This document shows, piece by piece, positions 37,773-47,800 of a stretch of 50,275 nucleotides of DNA. The stretch lies in assembly GCA_043768185.1 (NCBI GenBank), contig JAYVKR010000206.1, positions 1 through 50,275 on the forward strand. Reading direction: 5' to 3'. The position numbers and the translations under genes are program-made. Each line of letters opens with the position of its first letter. The first letter of the stretch is position 1. Below the pieces are notes generated by a model, which was given only the letters and a program-made list of their open reading frames with translations, was not told the origin of the DNA and ran no database searches. This stretch comes from Flavobacterium sp. (GTDB lineage Bacteria > Bacteroidota > Bacteroidia > Flavobacteriales > Flavobacteriaceae).

Positions 37773-38525
37773 TTAATTTTTTACTCCAAAAAGTACTGCT
37801 AATAGTACTCCAAGAACAATTAAAATAAACAAAAATAGTATTATTAAAAATCCGAAAAGTAAAATTCTTAAAATTACATCGCCACTATTTTTATCTTTAT
37901 AAATACTGTAATACGTCCAAAGAGTTAATCCATAAATAGGTAAAGTTGCAATTGTACTAATTATAAGTATGTATTTTGTATCAAGAAGATATAGAAAAGG
38001 TGTTATTACAATTCCAAATACTAGCCGTTGTCCTGCAGCAAAACAATTAATTATAATATTTTCGATATAATTATAACCCCATTTTTTAAAAGCTACGTAA
38101 GAACATAAAGAAATTATTGGTAATAAACCTATTTCAAAAACTGCATAATGTTCTATAAACCAAGTAGAAACTGATGCATTTATGGAATTAAATTCTGAGG
38201 TATTAGCATTTTTAGAAGTAAATACATCTTTATATAAATTAATAGAAAGTAATCCATTTAAACCTGCTAATACAAAAACTAGCAATATAGGTTTATAATG
38301 TTGAATTCTTTTTCCTGCTATAAACTCGTTTATAGTTTCTCCAGGACGTACAAATAATTGTTTTATAGTGTAAAGTAATCCATTATTAAGATGTAGAAAA
38401 GTATATTTTGCCTCATCTTTTAAGTAATTCCAATCCAATCTTTTTGTATTGGTTTTTTGTCCACAGTTGGAACAAAATTTTCCATCAAAACTATTTTCGC
38501 AGTTTTTGCAAAGATTTTCTAGCAT
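37773..38525 (-). CDS. DUF3667 membrane protein with N-terminal Zn ribbon
   Basis: CKNC...FCSNCGQK, RPG..I.EFI.GKR, several TM helices. Confidence 0.85.
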   Translation of the reverse strand: MLENLCKNCENSFDGKFCSNCGQKTNTKRLDWNYLKDEAKYTFLHLNNGLLYTIKQLFVRPGETINEFIAGKRIQHYKPILLVFVLAGLNGLLSINLYKDVFTSKNANTSEFNSINASVSTWFIEHYAVFEIGLLPIISLCSYVAFKKWGYNYIENIIINCFAAGQRLVFGIVITPFLYLLDTKYILIISTIATLPIYGLTLWTYYSIYKDKNSGDVILRILLFGFLIILFLFILIVLGVLLAVLFGVKN

Positions 38526-38539
38526 TTAAAACTAATATT

Positions 38540-38605
38540 CTAAAAAAATATTTTAACTAAAACTGAAACAAGAACCGTAATTAATTTTACTACAAGTGTT
38601 ATCAT
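38540..38605 (-). CDS. Possible 21-aa hydrophobic small protein MITLVVKLITVLVSVLVKIFF
   Basis: ATG preceded by an A-rich tract; stop 15 bp upstream of the DUF3667 gene. Confidence 0.4.
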   Translation of the reverse strand: MITLVVKLITVLVSVLVKIFF

Positions 38606-38704
38606 AATTTTTTTGTTTAAAGTTTTGAGGAACTTATTTTGTGTAAAGTTAAAATATTTACTGTTAATAAAATTGTAAAAATGGAAAGAGATTTTAGTTA
38701 AATT

Positions 38705-39151
38705 TTATTCTTCAAAATTATCAAAATAAGTAAAATCTTTAGATATCAAACCATTTTTGATGCTGAAAATAGTACATATTGGCAACTCAAATTTAGAATT
38801 ATCTGGCGCAGTTCCGCTTGAAACAAATTCTACAATAATATTATTATCTCCAGATGGATAAACTGCAATTACTTTATCGTTCAAATCTTGAAAAACTTTG
38901 TTTAACTCAGTATATTTATCGATAGTTTGTTGTCTAGTTTGTTTAACGATTCCAGTTCCTAATGTTGGGTCTTTAAAATCGGCAGTTTCTATATACATTG
39001 CTGCCATTGCTTTCCAATCGTGTTTGTTGAAATGTTCAAAATAGGTTTTTACTAATTGTTCATTTGCTATTGTTTCCATTTTTCTATTTTTTTGTTGGTT
39101 ACAAGAAATAATTAATACTGTAGCGATTAAAAGTGTTACGAGGTTTTTCAT
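38705..39151 (-). CDS. SnoaL/NTF2-like lipoprotein
   Basis: IISC lipobox; YFEHFNKHDW, F.DP, GLI..D..YFD. Confidence 0.8.
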   Translation of the reverse strand: MKNLVTLLIATVLIISCNQQKNRKMETIANEQLVKTYFEHFNKHDWKAMAAMYIETADFKDPTLGTGIVKQTRQQTIDKYTELNKVFQDLNDKVIAVYPSGDNNIIVEFVSSGTAPDNSKFELPICTIFSIKNGLISKDFTYFDNFEE

Positions 39152-39167
39152 AATAGTATGTTTTTAG

Positions 39168-40430
39168 TTAATTAAATTCTAATTCAATTTTACTGTCTTT
39201 TAAAAATTTTTCATAATCTTGAATGTTGAGTATGTCATGAATTGCTTTTTTCTTATCTAATGCTTGGTTATAATATGCTTTACATATTTGATAACCAACC
39301 CAATACCCTAAATCTGCTGGTTTTTCTTCGGTTTCTTGATCACCATTGGCAATCCAATTACTCTTATCATTGAGTAACATTTCTTTTTTAAAATCTGACC
39401 AAATGGTTTTTTCTTTTCCTTTTGCATAAATATGTAAACGTTCGTTGGCAGTTTTTCCAGAAATTAATTCTCCTATAAAATCGGCCATGCCTTCTACTAA
39501 AGCAGCTTTTAAAAGTGTAGGACTTGATGCCATACCAGATTGTTCATAATGTATCAATTCGTGTGCAACGGTGTATGGCAATTCTTCAAATGTTGAAATA
39601 TTATTTTTTTCCCAAGTAGTTAATTCATTTGTCACAGCATTTTTAGACATACACGCTTGATCAATTGCTAATATTAATCCGTCGCTAGAAACTGTTCCAG
39701 CAGAATTTAACTTTCCGATTACAAAATAAATGGGCGGAAAAATAGCTTCTGGATAAATGTTTTTTAATTTAATAAATGATTTTTGATATGACGATTGAAA
39801 CTTCTTTGTGTTTAAAGTATTTTGACGAATACTTTTATAATAATTTTTCTTTAAATCGTGTTGTAGAACAAAATTTTCAATAGTTTGAATTTTATTTACA
39901 AAATAATCTTGTAATGCAACTGTGCCTTTGTCAATATAATTTGTTTTATAAACTGAAACTACATTTTCCTGATTTTTATTTGCTAAGTCATATGCTATCC
40001 AAAAATTTTGAACATCAGTATCTATAATTTTAACTTTTTTAGGATTGGTTGTGTAAGCAACTTTAATTGATTTTAATAGATTTTTCCATCTATTGGATTG
40101 TTTCATAAAATTAAAACTATCTTCATCTTTCAATGAAGGCAAATCGTTGTAACCAAACTCAGAAATCGTTTTTTCTAAACATCTAAAACTGTTAATACTG
40201 TCTGATGCTTTTGCAAATGCCATTGCTGTGTAAACATAATATTCGCGTTTTGAAATCGCAAATTCTGCCATTTGTGACGCTTTTTCCCAATTTTCAGCTG
40301 CGGATTTAAACTCTTTTTGTTTGTAAAATTTACTTCCAACTTGAATTAAACTATCTACTTTTTGTTGTGAAAAAGCTGAAAATCCTATCAATATAATTAA
40401 GTTGTAAATTTTTATTTTGTATAAAATCAT
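39168..40430 (-). CDS. Secreted Zn-dependent protease (DUF2268-like) with TPR-like N terminus
   Basis: AHELIH, EGMADF, DLGYWVGY. Confidence 0.8.
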   Translation of the reverse strand: MILYKIKIYNLIILIGFSAFSQQKVDSLIQVGSKFYKQKEFKSAAENWEKASQMAEFAISKREYYVYTAMAFAKASDSINSFRCLEKTISEFGYNDLPSLKDEDSFNFMKQSNRWKNLLKSIKVAYTTNPKKVKIIDTDVQNFWIAYDLANKNQENVVSVYKTNYIDKGTVALQDYFVNKIQTIENFVLQHDLKKNYYKSIRQNTLNTKKFQSSYQKSFIKLKNIYPEAIFPPIYFVIGKLNSAGTVSSDGLILAIDQACMSKNAVTNELTTWEKNNISTFEELPYTVAHELIHYEQSGMASSPTLLKAALVEGMADFIGELISGKTANERLHIYAKGKEKTIWSDFKKEMLLNDKSNWIANGDQETEEKPADLGYWVGYQICKAYYNQALDKKKAIHDILNIQDYEKFLKDSKIELEFN

Positions 40431-40446
40431 TGAATTTTTTTTAATT

Positions 40447-41151
40447 TTATTTATTTAGTATTATTTTTCTAATAGAAATTAAATGTGAAAGCATTACAAT
40501 AGGAACAATAAATGTGGGCAACCAACTTATAGGAAAATTTATTATTGCAATGTTAGGTTGTTCAAAAGCCATTTGTTGAAATGGCGTTGGCGAAGATAAA
40601 ATTCCTATAATCACAACATTAATTACAAGTGCAAGACAAATAAAGTTCCAAGTTAGAATTACATTCTTAGTAATTTTATCTTTTTTGAAACAGAAAAAAG
40701 CAACTATTGGTGCAGTAATTCCAGCTATAATATCAAAATTAGTTCCTTCAAATGTCATTGTTTTTGGAATTGTTTTTTCTATAAAAAGCCAATATAACAC
40801 AATTTCTACAGGCAGTCTAACACAACTGATTAATGTTAAACTTTTTAGTGATAAACCATCTATAAAATTCCTTCCTTTACTTGTTACAAATAATAAAATT
40901 ATTATGGCAACAGTTGGAAAAATACCAAAAATAAAAATTTTGGGTGGTATTGAATTTATATTTGTATTATAAACATTAGTTAACGTTAAAACTCCTTGTA
41001 AAACTAACCATCCCAATAATCCAATAATTATTAATGAAGATTGCTTTTTAGAATAATTTGAATTTTTTAAAGCCAAATAAACCAACAATAAAGTTAACAA
41101 TGTTGTTAGAAAAAAAACTATAAATATTTTATTTGAGAATGTTGCTATCAT
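40447..41151 (-). CDS. Hypothetical multi-pass membrane protein
   Basis: Six or seven TM helices; NFDI..G, FP..WLPTF.VP. Confidence 0.75.
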   Translation of the reverse strand: MIATFSNKIFIVFFLTTLLTLLLVYLALKNSNYSKKQSSLIIIGLLGWLVLQGVLTLTNVYNTNINSIPPKIFIFGIFPTVAIIILLFVTSKGRNFIDGLSLKSLTLISCVRLPVEIVLYWLFIEKTIPKTMTFEGTNFDIIAGITAPIVAFFCFKKDKITKNVILTWNFICLALVINVVIIGILSSPTPFQQMAFEQPNIAIINFPISWLPTFIVPIVMLSHLISIRKIILNK

Positions 41152-41190
41152 TGTAAATTGTTATTAAAAATTTAAAAGTTAACTTTAAAT

Positions 41191-42317
41191 TTATCTTTTT
41201 TCTAATAATTCTGTAAACAATCCTTTCATAATTTTAAATCCTTCTTTTCCATTGTAAATAAATCCGTGATTTCCTGTTTCTAAAGTTTGAAATTTCCAGT
41301 CAGTAGCCAGATTTTTATTACTATCATAAATTGCAACTACATCTTTATAATTAAAAACAGAATCATCAACAGCGTTTACTGATAAAAAAGGTTTGCCTTG
41401 AGAAATGTTTTTAAAATTGATTGTGCCAATTTCTAATTTTGGATTGGGCGAAAAAGCAAAAAATCCTTTAAATTGATTTTGTTTTTGATTGGCAAACCAA
41501 AAAGCTGCTGTTGCACCATTTGACATTCCACCTAAATAAATAGGTCCAATATTATATTTCATTTTTGCAAGAGTAATGATAGTGAAAATATTTTCGAATG
41601 CTTTGATTTGATTGACCCAACCAAAATCTTTTTTTCCAAAAGGATAAATAATTATAGAATTAAATTGTTTTCCTATTTCAAATATTGGCTCACCAACAAC
41701 ATTTGGATCTTCAAAATTAAAATTCTCTGTATTTACTATGCCACCATGAAGATAAACTATTGTTTTTGTTGGTTTTTTTGAATCGTAATTTTCTGGAATA
41801 TAAATTAAAAAAGGAATTTCAAGATTGTCAACTTTTGTAAAATATAGTGCATAACCATTTTTAACAACTGATTTTTTATATATAACTTGATTATTTACTA
41901 TTATTTTATTCCATTCTTCCTTTTGTTTTAAAATTGTTAGTTCTTTTTCTTTGTAAGCCGTTTGCATTGCTAGAACAAATTCGTTCCAATCACTAAATTG
42001 TTGTAACTTTTCAAAAACAGGATCGTTTTTAATATTTTCTGCTTCGCCAGGATTTAAACCTAATCCTTTTTCTTGACTCATTTTTAACCAAGTCAATGCT
42101 AATTTTTCTTTTTTGCAATTTAGAGCTGCTGTTGAAGCAAATGCCAAATCATAAGTTCCAATTTTTTCAGTTTCTTTAAAAGCATCTTCAAAGAGTGTTA
42201 AAGCATCGCAAAATTCTTTTTTTGTAAAGCTTCACTAGCTTTATTTATTTTTTCTTCATACGATTGAGAGAATAGGAGAGTTGGAAATATGGCGAAAAGT
42301 AAAAATATTTTTTTCAT
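41191..42317 (-). pseudogene. Secreted alpha/beta-hydrolase (esterase) split by a -1 frameshift at 42216..42223
   Basis: Signal-peptide ORF 42198..42317 joins the 41191..42147 frame (YLHGG, GMSNG, D, H) if one A is added to an A7 run. Confidence 0.75.
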
Positions 42318-42416
42318 TGGTTTAGTTATTGTTTAGTTAAATTAAGGACGAGCCATAATTAAATTTGTAACATTTTAAAATATTTAATAAACTTAAAAAA
42401 GAGTTTCAAAAATTAA

Positions 42417-42968
42417 TTAATTCGCTTTATCATAAGCCATTTTAATCCAGTTAATTACTTCTTTATCAATTTCAGAAATCTCAGCAAGATTAATTTTATG
42501 CGAACATATACCATTTGGTTTTTCGGCTTCTAATTTTCCTTTAGGTTCTACTCCTTTTAAGTTAAAACCAATTTCGAAACGTGTTTTAGATGCAGGATTT
42601 AAAATTATAAATTGTTTTTTCCGTTTTAAACTTACGTAAGTTTTCTTTGGTGCAATTTCAAAATCGCCATCAAATTGTTCAATTTCAGCTAGTATTTTAT
42701 CATAAAAAGATTTTAAATGTTCTTTACCTTTGTATTGAGTTTCAATAAAATCATCTGCATTTGTTGAAGAATCTGCGTCAGAACCTAATACTTTCAACCC
42801 AATTTCTGAAGCATAACCGTGAGTAACATTATGTTTTTCTTTTAGAAATTTTACTATTTGGCCATGTTTTGCTAAATTTTCTTTAGTAATTATTACTTTC
42901 CACTCTTCTAAGGTATTACCTGTTTTTTCTTTCAGGTTTTCAATCATTGATGCTACATTTTTGTCCAT
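42417..42968 (-). CDS. DUF4287/DUF5655-like protein
   Basis: NLKEKTG..LEEW, KHGQIV.FLK..H...HGYA, PKKTYVSL.RKKQF. Confidence 0.75.
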   Translation of the reverse strand: MDKNVASMIENLKEKTGNTLEEWKVIITKENLAKHGQIVKFLKEKHNVTHGYASEIGLKVLGSDADSSTNADDFIETQYKGKEHLKSFYDKILAEIEQFDGDFEIAPKKTYVSLKRKKQFIILNPASKTRFEIGFNLKGVEPKGKLEAEKPNGICSHKINLAEISEIDKEVINWIKMAYDKAN

Positions 42969-42982
42969 AATTTTTTTATTTT

Positions 42983-43516
42983 TTAAGATTCAATTGATTT
43001 TTTAAGTAAGTCTAAACCTTGTTGGTTGGTTTTTATCATTTCTGCTTTGGCACCAAAAAGCCATAAGAAAAATGCATCTACTTGACCAGATTCTAATTTG
43101 AATGTTTCCTTAACAGTTAAACCATCAGCAGTTTCTGTAAAATTATAATCAAAAGTTGGTTTGGCTACAAATGGTTTTTGAATATCACATTTTTTTCCAA
43201 TAAATGTTCCTTCTTCTATTTTAGTGATTTCTTGATAACCAACATCTTCTCCGCCATTTCCTACCCAATGGTATTGCGAACCTACTGTGCCATTTGCACC
43301 TTTTACTTCATATTTCTGAGATGGATCTTGTACTAAGAATGGCGACCATTTTGGGAATTCTGATAAGTTTTTTACTCTATTAAAAATGGCTTGTCTTTCG
43401 CCTTTAATTATAGTTGAAGTTACAATTTCTATAGATTTTAAATCATTAGACATAAACATTCCAATTGCTAAAAACCCTATAATTCCTATTCCGATAAGTA
43501 ATACTATTTTTTTCAT
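42983..43516 (-). CDS. SRPBCC / polyketide cyclase-like protein
   Basis: WSPF...DP, G.VGS.Y.W.GN...G.QEI, GLDLLK. Confidence 0.8.
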   Translation of the reverse strand: MKKIVLLIGIGIIGFLAIGMFMSNDLKSIEIVTSTIIKGERQAIFNRVKNLSEFPKWSPFLVQDPSQKYEVKGANGTVGSQYHWVGNGGEDVGYQEITKIEEGTFIGKKCDIQKPFVAKPTFDYNFTETADGLTVKETFKLESGQVDAFFLWLFGAKAEMIKTNQQGLDLLKKSIES

Positions 43517-43535
43517 TTTTTTTGTTTTTTAAAAA

Positions 43536-43994
43536 TTATACTCCAAATTGTGTTAAATGATGGTCTAAATGTTTGTAATAAAAATTATTCCATTCTTGTT
43601 TGGTCATTACACCAAAGCCAGGATGATCTTTTAAATCAAAATAGTCTTCTCCTTTTTTAACTAAATCATGCACATTTTCAACAAGTTTATTTTTTTCTGA
43701 CTCGAAATTTTTAGGTGTTTTAATAAGCATTTCTGTAGCTGTTGAACTATTTTTTTTAAGCGGATTTTCGTTCACCAAACCTTTTTTCACCAAATTCTTT
43801 AATATAAATCGTATAAAGCCATTCGATTTTTTGTAATTTTCATCAAATGCCATTTCGTAACTTACGTTGCAATGCGCCATCATTTGGCTAACATCCATTT
43901 TGCCCCATTGTTGCTGGGTTGATACTGATAAATTGTTTATTCTAGCTGTAAATTTTTCGGCTGTTGATTGAGAAAAAATGTTTTCTGTTTTCAT
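43536..43994 (-). CDS. DUF1569 (DinB-like) protein
   Basis: WGKM.V.QM.AHC, HP.FG.MT..EW, KHLDHHL.QFG. Confidence 0.88.
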   Translation of the reverse strand: MKTENIFSQSTAEKFTARINNLSVSTQQQWGKMDVSQMMAHCNVSYEMAFDENYKKSNGFIRFILKNLVKKGLVNENPLKKNSSTATEMLIKTPKNFESEKNKLVENVHDLVKKGEDYFDLKDHPGFGVMTKQEWNNFYYKHLDHHLTQFGV

Positions 43995-44051
43995 TTTTTA
44001 AAGTTTTAGGTTGTTGATTTAAATTGAATATTTGTAGTTAAAAAAATAACT

Positions 44052-44399
44052 TTATTTCATTGGTGTAATCGTTCTAACTTCCACTGTTCCGCCCATAAAA
44101 AGTATTGGGCAATTTTTGGCTAAATCTGTTGCTGCTTCAAGAGAATTTGCTTTCAAAACCATATTGCCAGCAAGCATTTGATTTTCTGCAACTAAAAATC
44201 CGTTGTCAATAGTTTGATAAGAAGAAATTTTATTTCCTTCAAAACCCAATTGGTATGTGCTAACTAATTTTCCTTGCATAGCAATGTTACCAATAAATTG
44301 TCCCCATTGTTTTTCCATTTCTTGCAACTGTTCTTGAGTTGGTTGTTCGTTGCTTGGTTCCATTCTAAAAAGTAACATAAATTCTTGTAGCGTTTCCAT
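44052..44399 (-). CDS. YciI/YCII-related protein
   Basis: FMLLFR, A.SLE.A..LAK.CP....GG.VEVR. Confidence 0.85.
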   Translation of the reverse strand: METLQEFMLLFRMEPSNEQPTQEQLQEMEKQWGQFIGNIAMQGKLVSTYQLGFEGNKISSYQTIDNGFLVAENQMLAGNMVLKANSLEAATDLAKNCPILFMGGTVEVRTITPMK

Positions 44400-44479
44400 A
44401 ATAAAAAGTTTTAATTATTAATTATGAAGCAAATTTCTAGCAATCAGTTAAATAAAAACTTGTCATAAGACAAGAAAAA

Positions 44480-45067
44480 CTATTCGGTTGCAATTTCTTT
44501 TCTAATTCTGCTTAAAGATGTGTCTGTTATTCCCAAAAAAGTAGCAATATGTTTAAGAGAAATATTTTGAATAATGTGCGGTTTCGTTTTTAAAAGTTTT
44601 AAATAACGATCTTTTGCTTGGTCTGCAATAAGCGAAATACTATGTTCTTTCAATGCGAAATAACTACCAACCAAAAGACCACGTTGTTGTTCTCTATAAC
44701 TAGAAATTTCATTAAAAAGCGCTGTAAAAGTATTAAAGTCTATTTCCCAACAAACACAATCTGTCAATGCTTGAATGTTTTCTTTGGTTGGTGCAAAAAA
44801 GAAAAAAGATGGATAATCAATTACAACATCGCCAGAAGAATATAAATTAAAAGTAATGTCATTTCCTTCTGTATCAATAACATAAGATCTAATAAAACCA
44901 CTTTCTATAAACCAATACTTTTTTTCTATTGTGCCTTCATTCAATAAATAATCATTTTTATTAATTAGTATTTTATTGTATTTGGGAATAATTAAATCTA
45001 ATTCAGTTTGAGTAATTCCGCTTGAAGCAAAAACTTGATTTAAAAAATGTTGGTTTTCATTTATCAT
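44480..45067 (-). CDS. Crp/Fnr-family transcriptional regulator
   Basis: cNMP-binding-like domain; IATFLGIT..SLSRIRK HTH. Confidence 0.9.
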   Translation of the reverse strand: MINENQHFLNQVFASSGITQTELDLIIPKYNKILINKNDYLLNEGTIEKKYWFIESGFIRSYVIDTEGNDITFNLYSSGDVVIDYPSFFFFAPTKENIQALTDCVCWEIDFNTFTALFNEISSYREQQRGLLVGSYFALKEHSISLIADQAKDRYLKLLKTKPHIIQNISLKHIATFLGITDTSLSRIRKEIATE

Positions 45068-45091
45068 AATTAGTTATATTTTGTTAATTGA

Positions 45092-46243
45092 TTATTTAAC
45101 TTTCTCTGGAGATAAAATTAAAACATCAAATTGCTTTATGCAATCAATCATTTCTTTTGATAATTCAATTTTAGGAGTTTTTTTTAATTGTTCGTTATAA
45201 AGTTTAGCTTGAAATGGTCTTAAATCTAAAATTACCCATTCATTTTCTTTGTACAATTCTAATAATTCAATTGGATAATCGCCAGAAGTTAATCTATCTG
45301 TCATCACATTTTTATCTAACTCAAATCGATAACAAAGCTGCATGTGAATTGATTCTTGGTTTTTCATTTGTGATAATTGATTGATGAAATCTCCCAAATC
45401 TAAAATTCCAAGTGGCGATAATCCTTTTGAAATGTGGTTGCTACCAAATTTAAAAAATGCTTTTGGTTCAACCTTTTTTGTATTTAAATAGTTTGTGTAA
45501 TAACTGTTATAATTGGTTTTCATTAATTTAGATCGAACTGTATTATTTTGATAATACTTTCCTGCTGAATAATCAGTGTAAATTGCTATTGATTCTAGCA
45601 TTTCTTTTTTTATAGATTGTGCTAGTTTATTTTTAGATAAATCAAATAATGTTGAAAATGCTAAATTGCCATTGGGTTTACTTGCATCTTCTAATAAAGT
45701 TGAATTTTCTTGTTTGGTTTTAGCATCATAACCATTAAAAATATCGTCCATAACAAATTGAAATCCACCAAAATAATGTTGATCTAAACCCCAAAGTTCA
45801 AAACCATTATTTCTTGAAGCTTGTAACATATCAAAGTCAGCCGAAGAGCTAAAAAAAGGAATAGCATCATTATTTTTCCCATATTTTGTAGTAAAATCGG
45901 TTATGTTTTTGGTAAAATCTTTACTGTCTAAAAAAGAGTTTAATTTTCTAACAGATGTTGGACTAATTTCAGTCACCCAAACTTTAAAATTGGCCTCTTT
46001 TAAATAAGGAAATAAACTTTGAGTGAATTTAGAAACCAAGCTAGAATTATGATATTCGCCCAACATAAAATTTTGATTGGTTTTCATCTCTACTTTTAGA
46101 AATTCAAATCCTTCACCATACAATTTGTATGAAATAGTGTCTAATGTAAATGTTTTTGCAGTTTTTACCAATTCAGCTTTTGTAATTTCTTGCGCAAAAT
46201 TATAGGAGGTAAATAACAAAAAATAAATAAAAATTTTTTTCAT
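45092..46243 (-). CDS. Secreted hypothetical protein, possibly EreA/ChaN-like fold
   Basis: Signal peptide; LGEYH, E, GLD, R...M, G.NH pattern. Confidence 0.5.
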   Translation of the reverse strand: MKKIFIYFLLFTSYNFAQEITKAELVKTAKTFTLDTISYKLYGEGFEFLKVEMKTNQNFMLGEYHNSSLVSKFTQSLFPYLKEANFKVWVTEISPTSVRKLNSFLDSKDFTKNITDFTTKYGKNNDAIPFFSSSADFDMLQASRNNGFELWGLDQHYFGGFQFVMDDIFNGYDAKTKQENSTLLEDASKPNGNLAFSTLFDLSKNKLAQSIKKEMLESIAIYTDYSAGKYYQNNTVRSKLMKTNYNSYYTNYLNTKKVEPKAFFKFGSNHISKGLSPLGILDLGDFINQLSQMKNQESIHMQLCYRFELDKNVMTDRLTSGDYPIELLELYKENEWVILDLRPFQAKLYNEQLKKTPKIELSKEMIDCIKQFDVLILSPEKVK

Positions 46244-46278
46244 TGATTTTTATGTTTAGTTAAGATAATTTGGTTTAC

Positions 46279-47646
46279 TTATTCTTTTATTAACTCTGTA
46301 AAAACTTTTTGAAAAGCAACTTCAGATTTAGTTTCAACATTTGGAGTTACACCGTTTTGCTCAATTCTAAATCCATCAGACGTGTAATAATCTGCTGTTG
46401 GAACGTATATGTAAAAATTATTATAAAGATTAAATTTTTCAGCGTTTAACATTGCTCCAGCTGTTTTTTCTCCAACTATAGTTGCTCTTTTTTGTTGTAT
46501 CAGCTCATAAACTATAGGTTCACAAGTACTTGCTGTTTTTTTATTAGTTAAAACATACAAATTTCCTTGAAATGATTTTGGCTTAGGATTAACTTTTAAA
46601 TACAATCCTTTTTTTGAGTGTATTCCATTAATTATTAAATCGAAATTAGATTCACTAAAACTTTCAAATTGGCTATATTCTTTTAAGGTTGGAATTACTT
46701 CATTTTGGTTAAACCATTTTTGTGTTAAAAAAACACCACCATTTACGGTCTTGTTAAATATATTATTTGCCAATGCCATTCCTGCTTCAACAGTACCGCC
46801 ACTATTATTTTGTAAATCAATAATTAAGTTTTTATAATTTTTTAAATTAATAACATTAAAAACACTATCTATTTCTGATGCACTTCCGTTAAATGATGTA
46901 ATTTTTAAATAAGCAGTTTTTTCTGTTTTTTCTTCTAATAAAATTTGATTTGATTTTTTAAGGTTTAAAGCTTCATTTTCATTATTTTCAGATTTTAATA
47001 ATGCAAAATGAGATGTTTCTAATTTATTGCCAAAATAGTAAAAAGCACTAACCATTTCTAAATCATCTTGAATTTCAGGTAAAATTTCATTCATATTTGA
47101 AATGAAATTTTTCCATTTTTTTTCATCAAATAAAGATTTTTTATAAATTTTTTCTTTAGAAATTTCTATCGCTTTATTAAATAGCTTACCATAATCTTCA
47201 AGAGGAAGGGTTATTTTTGCTCTTGTGCCAATAATAGTACCAAATGTTTTTAAATTACTTTTACTAATATTTACATTTAATTTGTCATTATAAATTGTTC
47301 CTATAAAATTATAATTACCCATTGAAGTAACGATAATTCCTTTGAGTTTTATAGTATCAATTACTTCTGTAAATTCTCCTTTTTCAACACGAATAAGTGA
47401 TCCATTTTTAAAGTTACTCATACCTCGAATCATTGGTGCTTTTAATTTACCCAACAATAATTTATCAGCATCTTTTCTAGAAAATGCATAAAAAGTTTTT
47501 TCTTTAGTCTCAAATTCTAATATAGTCTTTACAACTCCAATATCCGGATGAGTGAAATCTACCAACCATTTTCCATCAATTTTAGAATTTTGTGCATTAA
47601 TTACAAAAGAAAATAAAATGTTTAAATAAATAAATAGTTTTTTCAT
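46279..47646 (-). CDS. S41-family peptidase
   Basis: AYLKITSF, LIIDLQNNSGG, TASTCE, VGEKTAG, GVTPN. Confidence 0.88.
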   Translation of the reverse strand: MKKLFIYLNILFSFVINAQNSKIDGKWLVDFTHPDIGVVKTILEFETKEKTFYAFSRKDADKLLLGKLKAPMIRGMSNFKNGSLIRVEKGEFTEVIDTIKLKGIIVTSMGNYNFIGTIYNDKLNVNISKSNLKTFGTIIGTRAKITLPLEDYGKLFNKAIEISKEKIYKKSLFDEKKWKNFISNMNEILPEIQDDLEMVSAFYYFGNKLETSHFALLKSENNENEALNLKKSNQILLEEKTEKTAYLKITSFNGSASEIDSVFNVINLKNYKNLIIDLQNNSGGTVEAGMALANNIFNKTVNGGVFLTQKWFNQNEVIPTLKEYSQFESFSESNFDLIINGIHSKKGLYLKVNPKPKSFQGNLYVLTNKKTASTCEPIVYELIQQKRATIVGEKTAGAMLNAEKFNLYNNFYIYVPTADYYTSDGFRIEQNGVTPNVETKSEVAFQKVFTELIKE

Positions 47647-47800
47647 TGGTTTAATTATTTATAATTTAGATAAAAATATTAAAATAAAATTGTTAATTTG
47701 GTAAATTAAATTTTATGAGTAAATAACATTTTTTAATATTTTTGTTAAGGTTAATGTAAAATTATATTTTAAAAAATCTTAAAAATTGTAAAAATGGAAT

